A stretch of DNA of 64,000 bases, from NCBI GenBank assembly GCA_965205975.1, contig OZ242195.1, forward strand, positions 3,136,001 through 3,200,000, in the 5' to 3' direction. The notes beneath the pieces were generated by a model. That model did not search any database. It worked only from the letters and a program-made list of their open reading frames with translations, and was not told the origin of the DNA. The DNA comes from Candidatus Latescibacterota bacterium. GTDB taxonomy: Bacteria > Latescibacterota > UBA2968. Position 1 is the first letter of the stretch. The number at the start of each line of letters is the position of its first letter. The position numbers and the translations under genes are program-made. Below are positions 10,066 to 20,133 of the stretch, piece after piece.

Positions 10066-10278
10066 TTCCTGCCTGAGATGGTCTTCCATGCGCTTAAGCA
10101 CCTCAGTAGGGCTGTGATGTTTGCTTCTTAGGCACTTTACATGGACAACAGAATCCTGGTCATTGAAAATGGCGAAATACTGGGGTTCGGTCTTAACCCC
10201 CTCTGTCGCTATAACAAACAGCTTCCGATAACGTCGCTCGCCAGGTGGTCTGCGAAATCTACGCCTTCTCGACGGCAT
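10066..10278 (-). pseudogene. rloB: Truncated RloB-family protein
   Basis: RRYRKLFVIATEGVKTEPQYF..SPTEVL N-terminus; similarity is lost after about 70 aa, where the ORF runs into repeat B. Confidence 0.75.
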
Positions 10279-11620
10279 CAGTCCGTTCCTCTATTTCCTC
10301 CGTGGGATGAGGATTTGTGAATGACCATCCCGGCACGATGTGAGGGACTCCCCCCATCCGTCCTTGCAAATAGCTCTTCCGAATATCCTTGTCATAACGA
10401 ACATCTTTGTACTCGCTAAAAGAAAACAGACTCGACACACCAGCCTCATCCCTTTCCGTTGCCCACATTTCATCCCTACGCAACAACTTTTGATCCATCA
10501 GCATAACATTATGGGTCGTCAGCAACAATTGTGTTCGGGTTTCCGTAGAGCAATTGGACAGGTACTCCTCAAGCAGTTGGCGAATCAGCAAGGGATGCAG
10601 ACTGCGGTCAATCTCATCAATGACATAGACCTTCTGCGACACTTGTTCTGAAAGCTCGAGAAAGGCAGGCAAGAGATCAATAATCCGTTGTGTACCATCT
10701 GATTCCTGATGAATCTCAAACTTGGCGTCTGTACCATCCGATTTCAGATGGACAGTGACCAGTCGCTTTGAGATTAACTTTCCATCCCTGCGGGTAATCA
10801 CTAGGCTAGGATATTCTTCCCCCTCCAGATGAACACTCTGGCCTTCCTTCACTTCTTCCTGAAGTTTGGTCTTTAATCTCTCGGGAAGCGGTATATTTTC
10901 TAATGAAATTTCTTCACTCTCAAGACGAGTAATTCCGGTATCAAGCCGCGGCAACATTTCGTTCATGGCCGCGTATAGCGGGTGTCCTTCATCAAAAAAT
11001 AGCTCGAAGGGACCAAATCGCAGGTCGGGTGCTATCAGTATAAGCGTATACTTAAACCAGTCATAGACCGGCCTGAAATTGTCGATATTTTGGGATACGG
11101 AGTTGGTCAGGAAAAGCTGATTGTCCCGGGTTCCCCTGAAAACAAATGGAAAAAAATCGTCTTTGGAGAGCGATTTGTCAAAGCTGAGTTCGCCGTCACG
11201 GCGATTATAAAGCACTTTTTCACTCGTACTCGTGATCTTAACCAGTCTTTCTTCCAGCACCTCCTTTTGGGTCACTGCAAAGCTAAAATCGTAGATGGTC
11301 TCGTCAATCAGCAACTCAAAAGCAAAGCGCGAAGGCTGACTTTTCCCCTCAGCACCCAACCGAAATGTCTCAATTGGGATCAGGCTGTTGGGCCTGGTAC
11401 CTTTAATAACCAGCGTCTTGGCAAAATTTAGAGCCTTAAAAAAATTGGTCTTGCCCGATGCATTGCCGCCATAAATTGTCGCAATCGGAAGAACTCGCGT
11501 TTGGTACTTGCCGAGCTTTGGAACGCGTTCTCCATGCTGACGCTCTCGGCTGGCAACCATCGAAAAAGTTGTTGGATCGCGGAAAGACATCCAGTTTTCG
11601 GCTGAGAAACTGATTATCAT
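10259..11620 (-). CDS. rloA: AAA_21/ABC-type ATPase (RloA-like)
   Basis: [44 protein letters not shown]. Confidence 0.88.
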   Translation of the reverse strand: MIISFSAENWMSFRDPTTFSMVASRERQHGERVPKLGKYQTRVLPIATIYGGNASGKTNFFKALNFAKTLVIKGTRPNSLIPIETFRLGAEGKSQPSRFAFELLIDETIYDFSFAVTQKEVLEERLVKITSTSEKVLYNRRDGELSFDKSLSKDDFFPFVFRGTRDNQLFLTNSVSQNIDNFRPVYDWFKYTLILIAPDLRFGPFELFFDEGHPLYAAMNEMLPRLDTGITRLESEEISLENIPLPERLKTKLQEEVKEGQSVHLEGEEYPSLVITRRDGKLISKRLVTVHLKSDGTDAKFEIHQESDGTQRIIDLLPAFLELSEQVSQKVYVIDEIDRSLHPLLIRQLLEEYLSNCSTETRTQLLLTTHNVMLMDQKLLRRDEMWATERDEAGVSSLFSFSEYKDVRYDKDIRKSYLQGRMGGVPHIVPGWSFTNPHPTEEIEERTDAVEKA

Positions 11621-11632
11621 CTCACCACCTCC

Positions 11633-11663
11633 TAATATGATATTTTCGATTTATATCATATTA
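11633..11663. promoter_or_regulatory. 11-9-11 inverted repeat, candidate operator upstream of rloA
   Basis: TAATATGATAT-tttcgattt-ATATCATATTA. Confidence 0.55.
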
Positions 11664-11773
11664 AATTTAGAGAATTTTAGCTGAAAAACAAGTCAAAAAG
11701 AGAAAAAATCTCGTTAAATATCTTTTTTAATAATGATCATCGGGTTGTAACCATAGAAATAGGTATAAAAAAC

Positions 11774-11866
11774 AGGGCGACCACAAGGGTCGCCCCTACT
11801 GTCGCGGCAGGGATGCCGCTCCTACGATTTAATTTTCACACTTCTTACTTCCTACTTCACACTTCA
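11774..11866. repeat. Two REP-type palindromes followed by a heptamer run
   Basis: agggcgaccacaagggtcgcccctac, gcggcagggatgccgctcctac, then ttcttac ttcctac ttcacac. Confidence 0.65.
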
Positions 11867-11867
11867 A

Positions 11868-12782
11868 TCACAACCCAACCCCAAACGCCCTCTCAAACTC
11901 CCCCCACAGATCGAGATTGACATCGGCAGTGGCATCGGAGAGCACCTCGTCGAGTTCGCGGGGAGAAGCTGGCCCCACAAGAAGCATGCCATTGCCATTT
12001 AAGGGTGCTGCCAGACAAAATTGCAGAGCAAAGCGACGAATACTAATCCCCCGCGCATTGCACCACTCCCACATCGCAACAGCGCGCTCTGCCTGTCCCG
12101 GATACCGGCGATCAGACAACTCGACATCGGGCCTGGGACCTGCCAGAACACCCATACCCTGCACACTCGCCAGAATAACACCCACATCGTGCTCAAGCGC
12201 GAGAGGAATCGTCGTCTCCGCAGCCGTCTGACTCAGCAACGTATAATCGAGAAACGTAATCACAATATCGCAAACCCCTGTCTCAATCGCATAGCGGTGA
12301 AAATCGTGCGAACGACAGCCAATACCCGTATAGCCGATCAAACCCTCGTCTCTCATCTTCAAAAGCTCATCCGAAGCATAACCCGGTGAATACACCTCTT
12401 CTATATCCCTCGGATCGTGGATAAGCAACGCATCGATATAATCCGTCTTGAGCTGTCTCAGACTATTCTCAACTGTCCACCGAATCGACTTCGCCGAAAA
12501 ATCGTGCCGCCGATCTCGATGGGTACCCGCTTTAGTCTGCAAATAAACCTTCTCCCGGTATCCTCCTTGAAGCGCGAGACCCACGCGCCGCTCGCTCTCG
12601 CCCCCGCCATAAGCAGCAGACGTATCGATAAAATTAATCCCCCGATCAATCGCCTCCCGCACAGTCGCAATCCCCTCATCATCAGAAACCCGCTGCGGAC
12701 TGCCGAGAAAAGCACAGCCAAGACCAATCGCTTTGGGTTTAAGTTCCGTGCGACCAAGACGTCGCGTTTCGAGTTCAGGCAT
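11868..12782 (-). CDS. Aldo/keto reductase
   Basis: RRLGRT, GINFIDTS..YG..ESE, SLRQLKTDYID..LIH. Confidence 0.92.
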   Translation of the reverse strand: MPELETRRLGRTELKPKAIGLGCAFLGSPQRVSDDEGIATVREAIDRGINFIDTSAAYGGGESERRVGLALQGGYREKVYLQTKAGTHRDRRHDFSAKSIRWTVENSLRQLKTDYIDALLIHDPRDIEEVYSPGYASDELLKMRDEGLIGYTGIGCRSHDFHRYAIETGVCDIVITFLDYTLLSQTAAETTIPLALEHDVGVILASVQGMGVLAGPRPDVELSDRRYPGQAERAVAMWEWCNARGISIRRFALQFCLAAPLNGNGMLLVGPASPRELDEVLSDATADVNLDLWGEFERAFGVGL

Positions 12783-12812
12783 AGCATCTCCTCATTTATT
12801 TTCCGTTTACAA

Positions 12813-12842
12813 ATCTGCGTTCATCTGCGTTCATCTGCGGAT
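12813..12842. repeat. ATCTGCGTTC decamer tandem repeat
   Basis: atctgcgttc atctgcgttc atctgcggat; related copies at 17318, 44598 and 51602. Confidence 0.75.
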
Positions 12843-14269
12843 CTGCTTTTCACATAGCGCGCCAGCAAGCTCAGATTCCGAATAAACGTACGACACGAAA
12901 GAATCTCCGCATCAATGCGCTCGCGTCTATTCTCTGGATTTCTCAACGATCCCTGCTCGACCCAGCGCCCCCGGTCATCGAGCGCATCAATAACTTCCTG
13001 CACGCGATCGTCACCAGGGCTGGTAACGCGCCCGCGCTCAGACAAAATCTTCTCCCGCCCCTCTGCCCTGATGCGATTGTACAGAACCTCAACCCGCTCA
13101 ATCCGACTCCCACTCACCTTAAACGCATAATGCGTAGGCAAATCCGAATCGTCATACGTAAGCACATAATCGCGGGTAAAAAACAGCGGCCGATTGGTCT
13201 GAAGCTCGTAAAACCGCGCCAGGCGACCATCGGGCAGAAGCGAGCGTTTTGCCCAATCCAGCGCGCCGGGAACCGGATCCAAAAAACGCGCCTCTCCGGT
13301 CGCCAAATACAAATCCAAAAGCACTTGCAAAACCCCAAAACTCTCGCCACCCGTAACAGCAGGCGGCTCAAAACGGCGCGCCCAGGTCGGCTCCATATCC
13401 AAATTGTACTGCTGTGCCCACGCGGGTTGTGGCTCGGGCATCTGCGCCAAAATAATAAAATCGCCACCCCGTTTCGCCGCATCGAGATAGTGGTCATCGC
13501 CGTAAACACCGTACGCCTCGACCATCGTCTCGATCACATCGGCAATCGCATTATCATTAAACGTATAATAATCCAAATAGCGCGTATTGGGATAGGTCCG
13601 CGACCACGTTTCGGGATAACGCGCCCTCTTCACCGGAAACTTTTCCGGATCGGGAAAAACCTCAAACCGCTGCGGCCACGCGCCATTTGGATACTGCGCC
13701 TTGAGAAGCGCATCGAGACCAAATAGCACCGCCGCGTGAACCTCCTCATCCTCAAAACTTTGCACCTTATCGACCCGCATCAACAACTGCAACGCACTCT
13801 GCGTATTATTATCGTCGAGCGTCGTGCGATTGAGGCGGTCCCCCGTATCGACATCGCCCCGCTCGACATCGCGCCGAAAGTGCCAACGCTTGCTTCCCTC
13901 CGCATCAAAATCAATGCGATAATCCCAACCGCCAGAAGCGAGTTGCCCCCACACAAGCGCACGCGCCGCCTCAACAGCACCATTGAGAAACAGCGTATCG
14001 CCCGTAGCCTCATAAGCCTCCAAAAACGCCATACCCACAGCAGGCGTACCCGGCGGCTGCACCCAAATCGTCGAAGGCGACGCTGTACCTTCGCCCTCGC
14101 GCATAGAAAAATCGGTCTTATACCGCCACAAATAACCGCCATGAGTCGCAACATCGATGCGAAAATAGCGCGTCGCCATAACCATCGCATCAATCGCTGA
14201 TCTATGAAGACTCTCATCCGCATTGAGCGGTGCTGTAATCATCATGAGCAAAACAAAAAAGTTTTTCAT
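12821..14269 (-). CDS. Secreted pectate lyase, PL10-like
   Basis: Signal peptide; TLDDNNT, LLKAQYPNGAWPQ, TFNDNA, WAQQY, ARRFEP. Confidence 0.8.
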   Translation of the reverse strand: MKNFFVLLMMITAPLNADESLHRSAIDAMVMATRYFRIDVATHGGYLWRYKTDFSMREGEGTASPSTIWVQPPGTPAVGMAFLEAYEATGDTLFLNGAVEAARALVWGQLASGGWDYRIDFDAEGSKRWHFRRDVERGDVDTGDRLNRTTLDDNNTQSALQLLMRVDKVQSFEDEEVHAAVLFGLDALLKAQYPNGAWPQRFEVFPDPEKFPVKRARYPETWSRTYPNTRYLDYYTFNDNAIADVIETMVEAYGVYGDDHYLDAAKRGGDFIILAQMPEPQPAWAQQYNLDMEPTWARRFEPPAVTGGESFGVLQVLLDLYLATGEARFLDPVPGALDWAKRSLLPDGRLARFYELQTNRPLFFTRDYVLTYDDSDLPTHYAFKVSGSRIERVEVLYNRIRAEGREKILSERGRVTSPGDDRVQEVIDALDDRGRWVEQGSLRNPENRRERIDAEILSCRTFIRNLSLLARYVKSRSADERR

Positions 14270-14399
14270 CTAATCCCCGCAAGAAGCTAAACCACCATCC
14301 ACCAAACGCTGCAAGCTATCCCATTCACATCCTGCGGTCAACCGCAAAATGCCCACATCAGTTGCGCTTTTAATCTTTAACCTGTAAATTTCAGTCACA

Positions 14400-15047
14400 A
14401 TGGACATCCTCTACCTCGACAATCACCTGCTGGTCGTACACAAACCCGCGGGCATGCTCGTACAGGGCAACCACACTCGCGATGAAAACTTGTTGGACAT
14501 GGGCAAAGCCTATCTCAAAGTCAAATTCAACAAACCCGGCAACGTATTTCTCGGACTCGTACACCGATTGGACCGTCCCGTATCGGGCGTAGTCGTCTTT
14601 GCACGCACATCGACATCGGCGCGCCGCTTATCGCAACAATTTCGGGAGCGAACCGTTGAAAAACACTATATCGCTCTCGTCCACGGCAAAACCCCTGAAA
14701 ACGGCCATCTCGTAAACCACATCGCGCGGCGACAGACAAAAAGCCGCATCGTAAACGCCCCTCATGGACAACGCGCAGAACTCACTTACGAGCGACTGGC
14801 ATACCACAAAGGCATATCCTCAGTCCGCGTGGACCTCGCCACTGGACGCCATCATCAAATACGCGTACAATTCGCAAATATATGCCACCCCGTACTGGGC
14901 GATTACAAGTACGGATCGCGCAAACCATTTCCCAACCGCGCCATCGCCCTCCACGCACAGAGCCTGACCATAATACACCCGACAAAAAAGGAACGCATGA
15001 CCTTTGAAACCCGGCCAGAAACATTTTGGCCTAAGTCTTTTGTATAG
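14400..15047 (+). CDS. RluA-family pseudouridine synthase
   Basis: HKPAGM, VHRLDRPVSG, TGRHHQIRV, GDYKYG, LHA. Confidence 0.93.
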   Translation: MDILYLDNHLLVVHKPAGMLVQGNHTRDENLLDMGKAYLKVKFNKPGNVFLGLVHRLDRPVSGVVVFARTSTSARRLSQQFRERTVEKHYIALVHGKTPENGHLVNHIARRQTKSRIVNAPHGQRAELTYERLAYHKGISSVRVDLATGRHHQIRVQFANICHPVLGDYKYGSRKPFPNRAIALHAQSLTIIHPTKKERMTFETRPETFWPKSFV

Positions 15048-15056
15048 CTCCTGATC

Positions 15057-15962
15057 ATGACCAAACAAATAACCTATCGCAACCGCAAAACAGATGAAAT
15101 GATCTCCGAACCGCTCATATTGCCCCGCATTCAATATGCTGTCGCGCGATCTCGCGTGGCAATATTTATATACAACATATTCCTGAACACATACCCATTT
15201 TGCTGGCTACTCGGCAAATGGATGGACCTATCGGGATCGCGAAAGAAAATCCAGGCATTTATACAAAAATACGACATCAACCTGGACGAAATCGAATTGC
15301 CACTGGACCAATACGAGAACTTAAATGCCTTCTTCTCTCGCAAACTCAAACCCAACGCACGTCCCTTTATCGCCGATCCCCACATCTTCTGTTCACCCGC
15401 CGATGGAAAAGTACTCGCATATCCCAAACTGGATGCACAAACCCGCCTACCCGTCAAAGGTTCCCATGTCGATATTGCGCATCTCCTATCATCAAAAGAA
15501 TCCGCAATCCCCTACAGAAATGGTGCTGCGCTCGTCATTCGATTGGCCCCGGCAGACTACCACCGCTACCACTTTCCCGTAGCTGGCATCGCAACTGCAT
15601 CTGCTAAAATCTCTGGACGCTATTATCTCGTCAACCCCATTGCCCTCGACGTAAAACCCGACTTATTTGCCCACAACAAACGCGAAATAACATACCTCGA
15701 AACCGAACACTTTGGCCGCATCGTGATCCTGGAAGTAGCGGGCTGGGGCGTGGGGCGCATCGTCCAAACATACCAGCCGGGCACTGTAGAACGTGGGCAG
15801 GAAAAGGGCTATTTTCAATTTGGAGGATCTACCCTGGTACTCCTGTTTGAGCCTGGACGCATTATATTTGATAATGACCTCATCCGCGACACACAAGCAG
15901 GCATCGAAGTCCAGGTCCTCACAGGATCACAACTCGGCGTACAGGCCATATCCAAAAATTAA
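15057..15962 (+). CDS. psd: Phosphatidylserine decarboxylase
   Basis: FFSRKLK, SPADG, RLAPADYHRYHFP, GYFQFGGST. Confidence 0.92.
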   Translation: MTKQITYRNRKTDEMISEPLILPRIQYAVARSRVAIFIYNIFLNTYPFCWLLGKWMDLSGSRKKIQAFIQKYDINLDEIELPLDQYENLNAFFSRKLKPNARPFIADPHIFCSPADGKVLAYPKLDAQTRLPVKGSHVDIAHLLSSKESAIPYRNGAALVIRLAPADYHRYHFPVAGIATASAKISGRYYLVNPIALDVKPDLFAHNKREITYLETEHFGRIVILEVAGWGVGRIVQTYQPGTVERGQEKGYFQFGGSTLVLLFEPGRIIFDNDLIRDTQAGIEVQVLTGSQLGVQAISKN

Positions 15963-15982
15963 ACCCAAACCAAAAATACACT

Positions 15983-17317
15983 ATGCCAACAATCAATCTC
16001 ATCACCCTGGGCTGCCCCAAAAACACCGTTGATTCCGAGCGCATGCACCACCTCCTCAAACTCAACGGCTACGACCTCTCGGACCACGCTGAAAACGCCG
16101 ACATCATCGTCGTCAACACCTGCGGATTCATCGAACCAGCCAAAGAAGAATCAATAGCAACAGTAATGGACGCCGCAGAATACAAAAAAAACGGACGCTG
16201 TCGCGGCGTCATCGTCACGGGCTGCCTGGCCGAGCGGTACCGAACAGAATTAGAAACCGAACTCGTCGAAGCAGACATGATCGTGGGCCTTGCTGGCGAA
16301 CGCGAAATCGTCGCACACTGCGATAACCTGTTGGGCACATCGCGCATACACACCATCCGAGACGCAGAGGCGCGCCATCTCCTCACCCCAAAACACTGGG
16401 CGTACTTGCGAATCTCGGACGGATGCGACAGAACATGTGCATTTTGCGCCATCCCGAGCTTTCGCGGAAAAAACAAAAGTACAAACCTGGACCGCCTCAT
16501 CGCCGAAGCCTATCGTATGATCGGCAACGGCGTCCGCGAAATCGCCCTTATCGCCCAGGACACCATGCGATATGGCGCAGACCTGTACGGCAAACCCCGG
16601 CTGATAGACTTACTAAAAGAACTCATCCAAATCGAGAAACTCGACTGGGTGCGAATGTTATACGCCTATCCAACCGGTTGGCGCAATGAACTAATCAACC
16701 TCCTCGCGACCGAAGAAAAATTGTGCGCCTACATCGACCTGCCCATCCAGCACGCATCAGACCCCATACTAAAAGCCATGAACCGGGGCACCACAAAAGC
16801 GGGCATTCGCAAACTCATCTACACCTTGCGCGAACGCATACCCAATTTGACCATCCGATCATCAATCATCACCGGATTTCCCGGCGAACGCGATGAACAC
16901 TTCGCAGAACTCATGGACTTTGTCGATGAAATGCAATTCAGCCGCCTCGTCGGATTCACCTATTCGCACGAAGAAGGCACGCAGGCGGGCGCATTGAAAG
17001 ACGACGTACCCGAAGACATCAAGCGCGAACGGTTGAACGACCTCATGGCATTGCAGGCGCAAATATCGGGCGAATTAAACGCTACGCACATAGGACGCAC
17101 CTTCAAAGTACTCGTAGATGAAGCCTCAGACGACCCGGCATATCACTACATCGGCCGCACGCGAATGGACGCCCCGGAAATCGACGGCGCCGTATTCTTC
17201 ACGGGTCCCGCAAACATCGGCGACTTTGTCGAAGTAGAAATCACCGATGCAACCGAACACGACCTAATCGGACATGTCGTAAAAACTGACGCCCTATTGG
17301 AAATTGAGGCTGTATAA
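15983..17317 (+). CDS. rimO: Ribosomal protein S12 methylthiotransferase
   Basis: LGCPKNTVDSE, NTCGFI, CDRTCAFC, DAPEIDG (TRAM domain). Confidence 0.95.
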   Translation: MPTINLITLGCPKNTVDSERMHHLLKLNGYDLSDHAENADIIVVNTCGFIEPAKEESIATVMDAAEYKKNGRCRGVIVTGCLAERYRTELETELVEADMIVGLAGEREIVAHCDNLLGTSRIHTIRDAEARHLLTPKHWAYLRISDGCDRTCAFCAIPSFRGKNKSTNLDRLIAEAYRMIGNGVREIALIAQDTMRYGADLYGKPRLIDLLKELIQIEKLDWVRMLYAYPTGWRNELINLLATEEKLCAYIDLPIQHASDPILKAMNRGTTKAGIRKLIYTLRERIPNLTIRSSIITGFPGERDEHFAELMDFVDEMQFSRLVGFTYSHEEGTQAGALKDDVPEDIKRERLNDLMALQAQISGELNATHIGRTFKVLVDEASDDPAYHYIGRTRMDAPEIDGAVFFTGPANIGDFVEVEITDATEHDLIGHVVKTDALLEIEAV

Positions 17318-17390
17318 TCCGCAGATGGACGCAGATGAAAGGCGGATGAAAGGCAAAAGAGGGGCTGGAGGCTGGGGCTAACCGCTAACA
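17318..17390. repeat. Decamer-family repeat followed by a heptamer run
   Basis: ccgcagatggacgcagatgaaaggcggatgaa; ggggctg gaggctg gggcta. Confidence 0.55.
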
Positions 17391-17399
17391 GGAGAAATC

Positions 17400-17864
17400 A
17401 TGACCATCATCGCTGCAATGGACAAAAACCGCGTCATTGGTCGGGACAACAAAATGCCCTGGCACATCTCTGAAGAATCGAAGCACTTTCGGCGCACAAC
17501 AACCGGACATACCTTATTGGTAGGGCGCAAAACATATCAATCCTGGGGTGGCAAACCCCTGCCGGACCGCCTGCATGTCATTGTAAGCCGAACCATGCCC
17601 GACACAAAAGGCGTAGATGTATGCAGATCGCTCGAAGAAGCCATTGAAAAGGCTAAATCCTATGGCCGCAAAGTATTCATCTGCGGCGGCGGCCAAATTT
17701 ATCGCGCCACGCTATCAAAAGCAGATCGGATGATCCTATCATATATCGACGCAGAATACCCAGGCGATGAATACTTCCCCGAATTTGACGAAGATGAATG
17801 GATCATTTTAAAAAAAAAGGTGTATGATCAATTCACAGTCGTATATTATGAACGCGGAGAATAA
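17400..17864 (+). CDS. folA: Dihydrofolate reductase
   Basis: IG..NKMPW, GRKTY, PLPDR, ICGGGQIY, GDEYFP. Confidence 0.95.
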   Translation: MTIIAAMDKNRVIGRDNKMPWHISEESKHFRRTTTGHTLLVGRKTYQSWGGKPLPDRLHVIVSRTMPDTKGVDVCRSLEEAIEKAKSYGRKVFICGGGQIYRATLSKADRMILSYIDAEYPGDEYFPEFDEDEWIILKKKVYDQFTVVYYERGE

Positions 17865-17928
17865 GGTCTTCTTTGGGTTTCTGTAGGCGTTTGAGCAGAG
17901 GACAAGCATATTTATCTGGAGAATTGAT

Positions 17929-19173
17929 ATGCTCAGCGAACGAGAAATTCTGGAAAAAATTGAATCGGGAGAAAGCTCCGGCGTTGAGTTCAAAGAAGTC
18001 AAACTTGTTGGCGGACAATTTAGACCACATCGGAATGGGCTGTCCGATGAGTTCGCTGCATTTGCGAATCAGCAAGGGGGAGTCGTGATTTTCGGCGTTT
18101 CCGATAATCGGGAAATCCTCGGTATCGATATCGAAAATGTCCCGAGACTGATTCATTTTATTACGGAGATATGCCACGACCTGATAGAACCTCCTCTCGT
18201 AGATTATTTCGTAGATAGTATCCGGGTTCCCGATGAGGCGGGGGAACAAAAAACACTGGTTTATATCAATATTGCGCGGAGTTTGTGGGCACACCAGAGC
18301 AGCAACGGATTCTTTTTGCGACAAGGGGATACCAGACGCAAAATGACGACAGAGCAATTGGGCAGATTGCTACAAGCTCGCTCACAAGCGCGTATTATCT
18401 CTTTTGACGAACAGTTTGTGCCGAATACGAATAAAGACACACTAAGGCGAGAACTCTATCAGCGATTTATCCCCAAAGGCTTCCCCGATCAGGAAGTCGA
18501 AGATCTGCTTAAAAGGCGTTTGCTCGTGAAAGAAGGGGGAGAATACCGCGCATCAGTCGCCGGTGTGTTAATGTGCCATGATAATCCCGATGAGTATCTC
18601 TACAACAGTTTCATCCAAGCTGTTTTTTATCGGGGAATGAAAAAAGATGCGAACTACCAGATTGATGCCAAAGATTTTACGGGGCCTTTGGACCAACAGA
18701 TCATAGACGCCTTCAAATTTGTCGAAAAATTCAATGAGGTATCGGCGCGCAAAGACATTGGCAGAATTGAACGACCACAATACAACATGCGAGCCGTTTT
18801 TGAAGCCCTGGTGAACGCCGTTGTACACAGAGATTATTCAAAAACCGGCTCGAAAATTCGTTTGTTCATGTTTTCAGACAGGCTCGAACTCTATTCGCCT
18901 GGCGCGTTGGCAAACACCGTAACCGTGGAAAATTTGCGCTATGCACAAGCCACCCGCAATGAATTGCTCGCCCGCTTGCTCTCGGAAATCACCTTGCATG
19001 ACACAATGAGCAGACAAGTAATCCGACGACACTTTTTAGAGCGACGAGGCGAAGGCGTAGGCATCATCTTAAACGAAAGCGAGACCCTCAGCGGTCAAAC
19101 GCCTGTTTATGAATTGTTCGGCGAAGAATTGCGCTTGACGATCTTTGCCGCTAAATCTCTACAAGAAGTGTAG
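17929..19173 (+). CDS. AlbA_2/Schlafen domain plus RecG-C/HATPase_c_4 protein
   Basis: GESSGVEFKE, AFANQQGG..IFGVSD, EALVNAVVHRDY, RNELLA, ERRGEG. Confidence 0.85.
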   Translation: MLSEREILEKIESGESSGVEFKEVKLVGGQFRPHRNGLSDEFAAFANQQGGVVIFGVSDNREILGIDIENVPRLIHFITEICHDLIEPPLVDYFVDSIRVPDEAGEQKTLVYINIARSLWAHQSSNGFFLRQGDTRRKMTTEQLGRLLQARSQARIISFDEQFVPNTNKDTLRRELYQRFIPKGFPDQEVEDLLKRRLLVKEGGEYRASVAGVLMCHDNPDEYLYNSFIQAVFYRGMKKDANYQIDAKDFTGPLDQQIIDAFKFVEKFNEVSARKDIGRIERPQYNMRAVFEALVNAVVHRDYSKTGSKIRLFMFSDRLELYSPGALANTVTVENLRYAQATRNELLARLLSEITLHDTMSRQVIRRHFLERRGEGVGIILNESETLSGQTPVYELFGEELRLTIFAAKSLQEV

Positions 19174-19281
19174 GCATTGTCATTTCGGAAAAATTTAAGA
19201 TCGGCAACTCCCTTCTTCCCACTATTCCAATCTCTTACTTCTCCCCCTTTTATTATTATATTTTTTCCACTGGGGGTCTTC

Positions 19282-20121
19282 ATGCACACATATCTCGACC
19301 AACTGCAACACGTATTGGACCACGGCGTAAAAAAGGGTGACCGCACGGGAGTGGGCACAATCTCGTGTTTTGGCCTGCATGCGCGCTATGCAATGGCAGA
19401 CGGATTTCCCGCAGTAACAACCAAGCGACTGGTGTGGAAATCGTTGCTATCGGAACTCCTGTGGTTTATATCCGGATCCGACAACATCTACGACTTAAAA
19501 ACCTATTTGAAAAGCAATCGGCTGTGGGATGGCAATTACGAAGATTATTTGAACCGCCTGGGGATAGATAAAAACGACGGCAGCATGGGACGTATTTACG
19601 GTGTACAGTGGCGGCGATGGAAAGGCGCCAACGGGAAAGTAGTAGATCAGCTTCAAAATGCGATTGATTTAATCCGAGAAAACCCCGAATCCCGGCGCAT
19701 CATGGTCAATGCCTGGAACGCAGCGGAAATAGGCACTCGGGACGTGGCCCTACCCCCGTGTCACAGCTTCTTCCAATTCTACGTCGCAGAAGGTAAATTA
19801 TCTCTACAAATGTACCAACGATCGTGCGACATGTTCCTGGGCGTACCCCTCAACATCGCATCCTATTCCGTATTATTGCACCTGGTCGCAAAAATTACGG
19901 GCCTCGTACCCCATGAATTTATCCACGTCCTGGGCGACGCGCACATCTACTTAAACCACCTCGACGCAGTAAAAGAACAACTATCTCGGGAGCCATATTC
20001 CCTGCCTAAATTGCGGATAAAAGATCGCGGACAAACCGAAATCGACCATTTTGCAATGGACGACTTTGAACTCATCAATTACCAGCACCACGACACCATC
20101 CGCGCGGAAATGGCTGTTTAA
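19282..20121 (+). CDS. thyA: Thymidylate synthase
   Basis: DRTGVGT, ELLWF, ALPPCH, YQRSCD..LGVPLN, HIYLNH. Confidence 0.97.
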   Translation: MHTYLDQLQHVLDHGVKKGDRTGVGTISCFGLHARYAMADGFPAVTTKRLVWKSLLSELLWFISGSDNIYDLKTYLKSNRLWDGNYEDYLNRLGIDKNDGSMGRIYGVQWRRWKGANGKVVDQLQNAIDLIRENPESRRIMVNAWNAAEIGTRDVALPPCHSFFQFYVAEGKLSLQMYQRSCDMFLGVPLNIASYSVLLHLVAKITGLVPHEFIHVLGDAHIYLNHLDAVKEQLSREPYSLPKLRIKDRGQTEIDHFAMDDFELINYQHHDTIRAEMAV

Positions 20122-20133
20122 GATGGCCATCCA

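Noticed and set aside
9904..10278. Intact 124-aa RloB
   Set aside because: The last approximately 50 codons derive from unrelated sequence and repeat B.
6739..11620. Integron cassette array
   Set aside because: No integrase is present, and I could not identify attC-type RYYYAAC/GTTRRRY palindromes between the genes.
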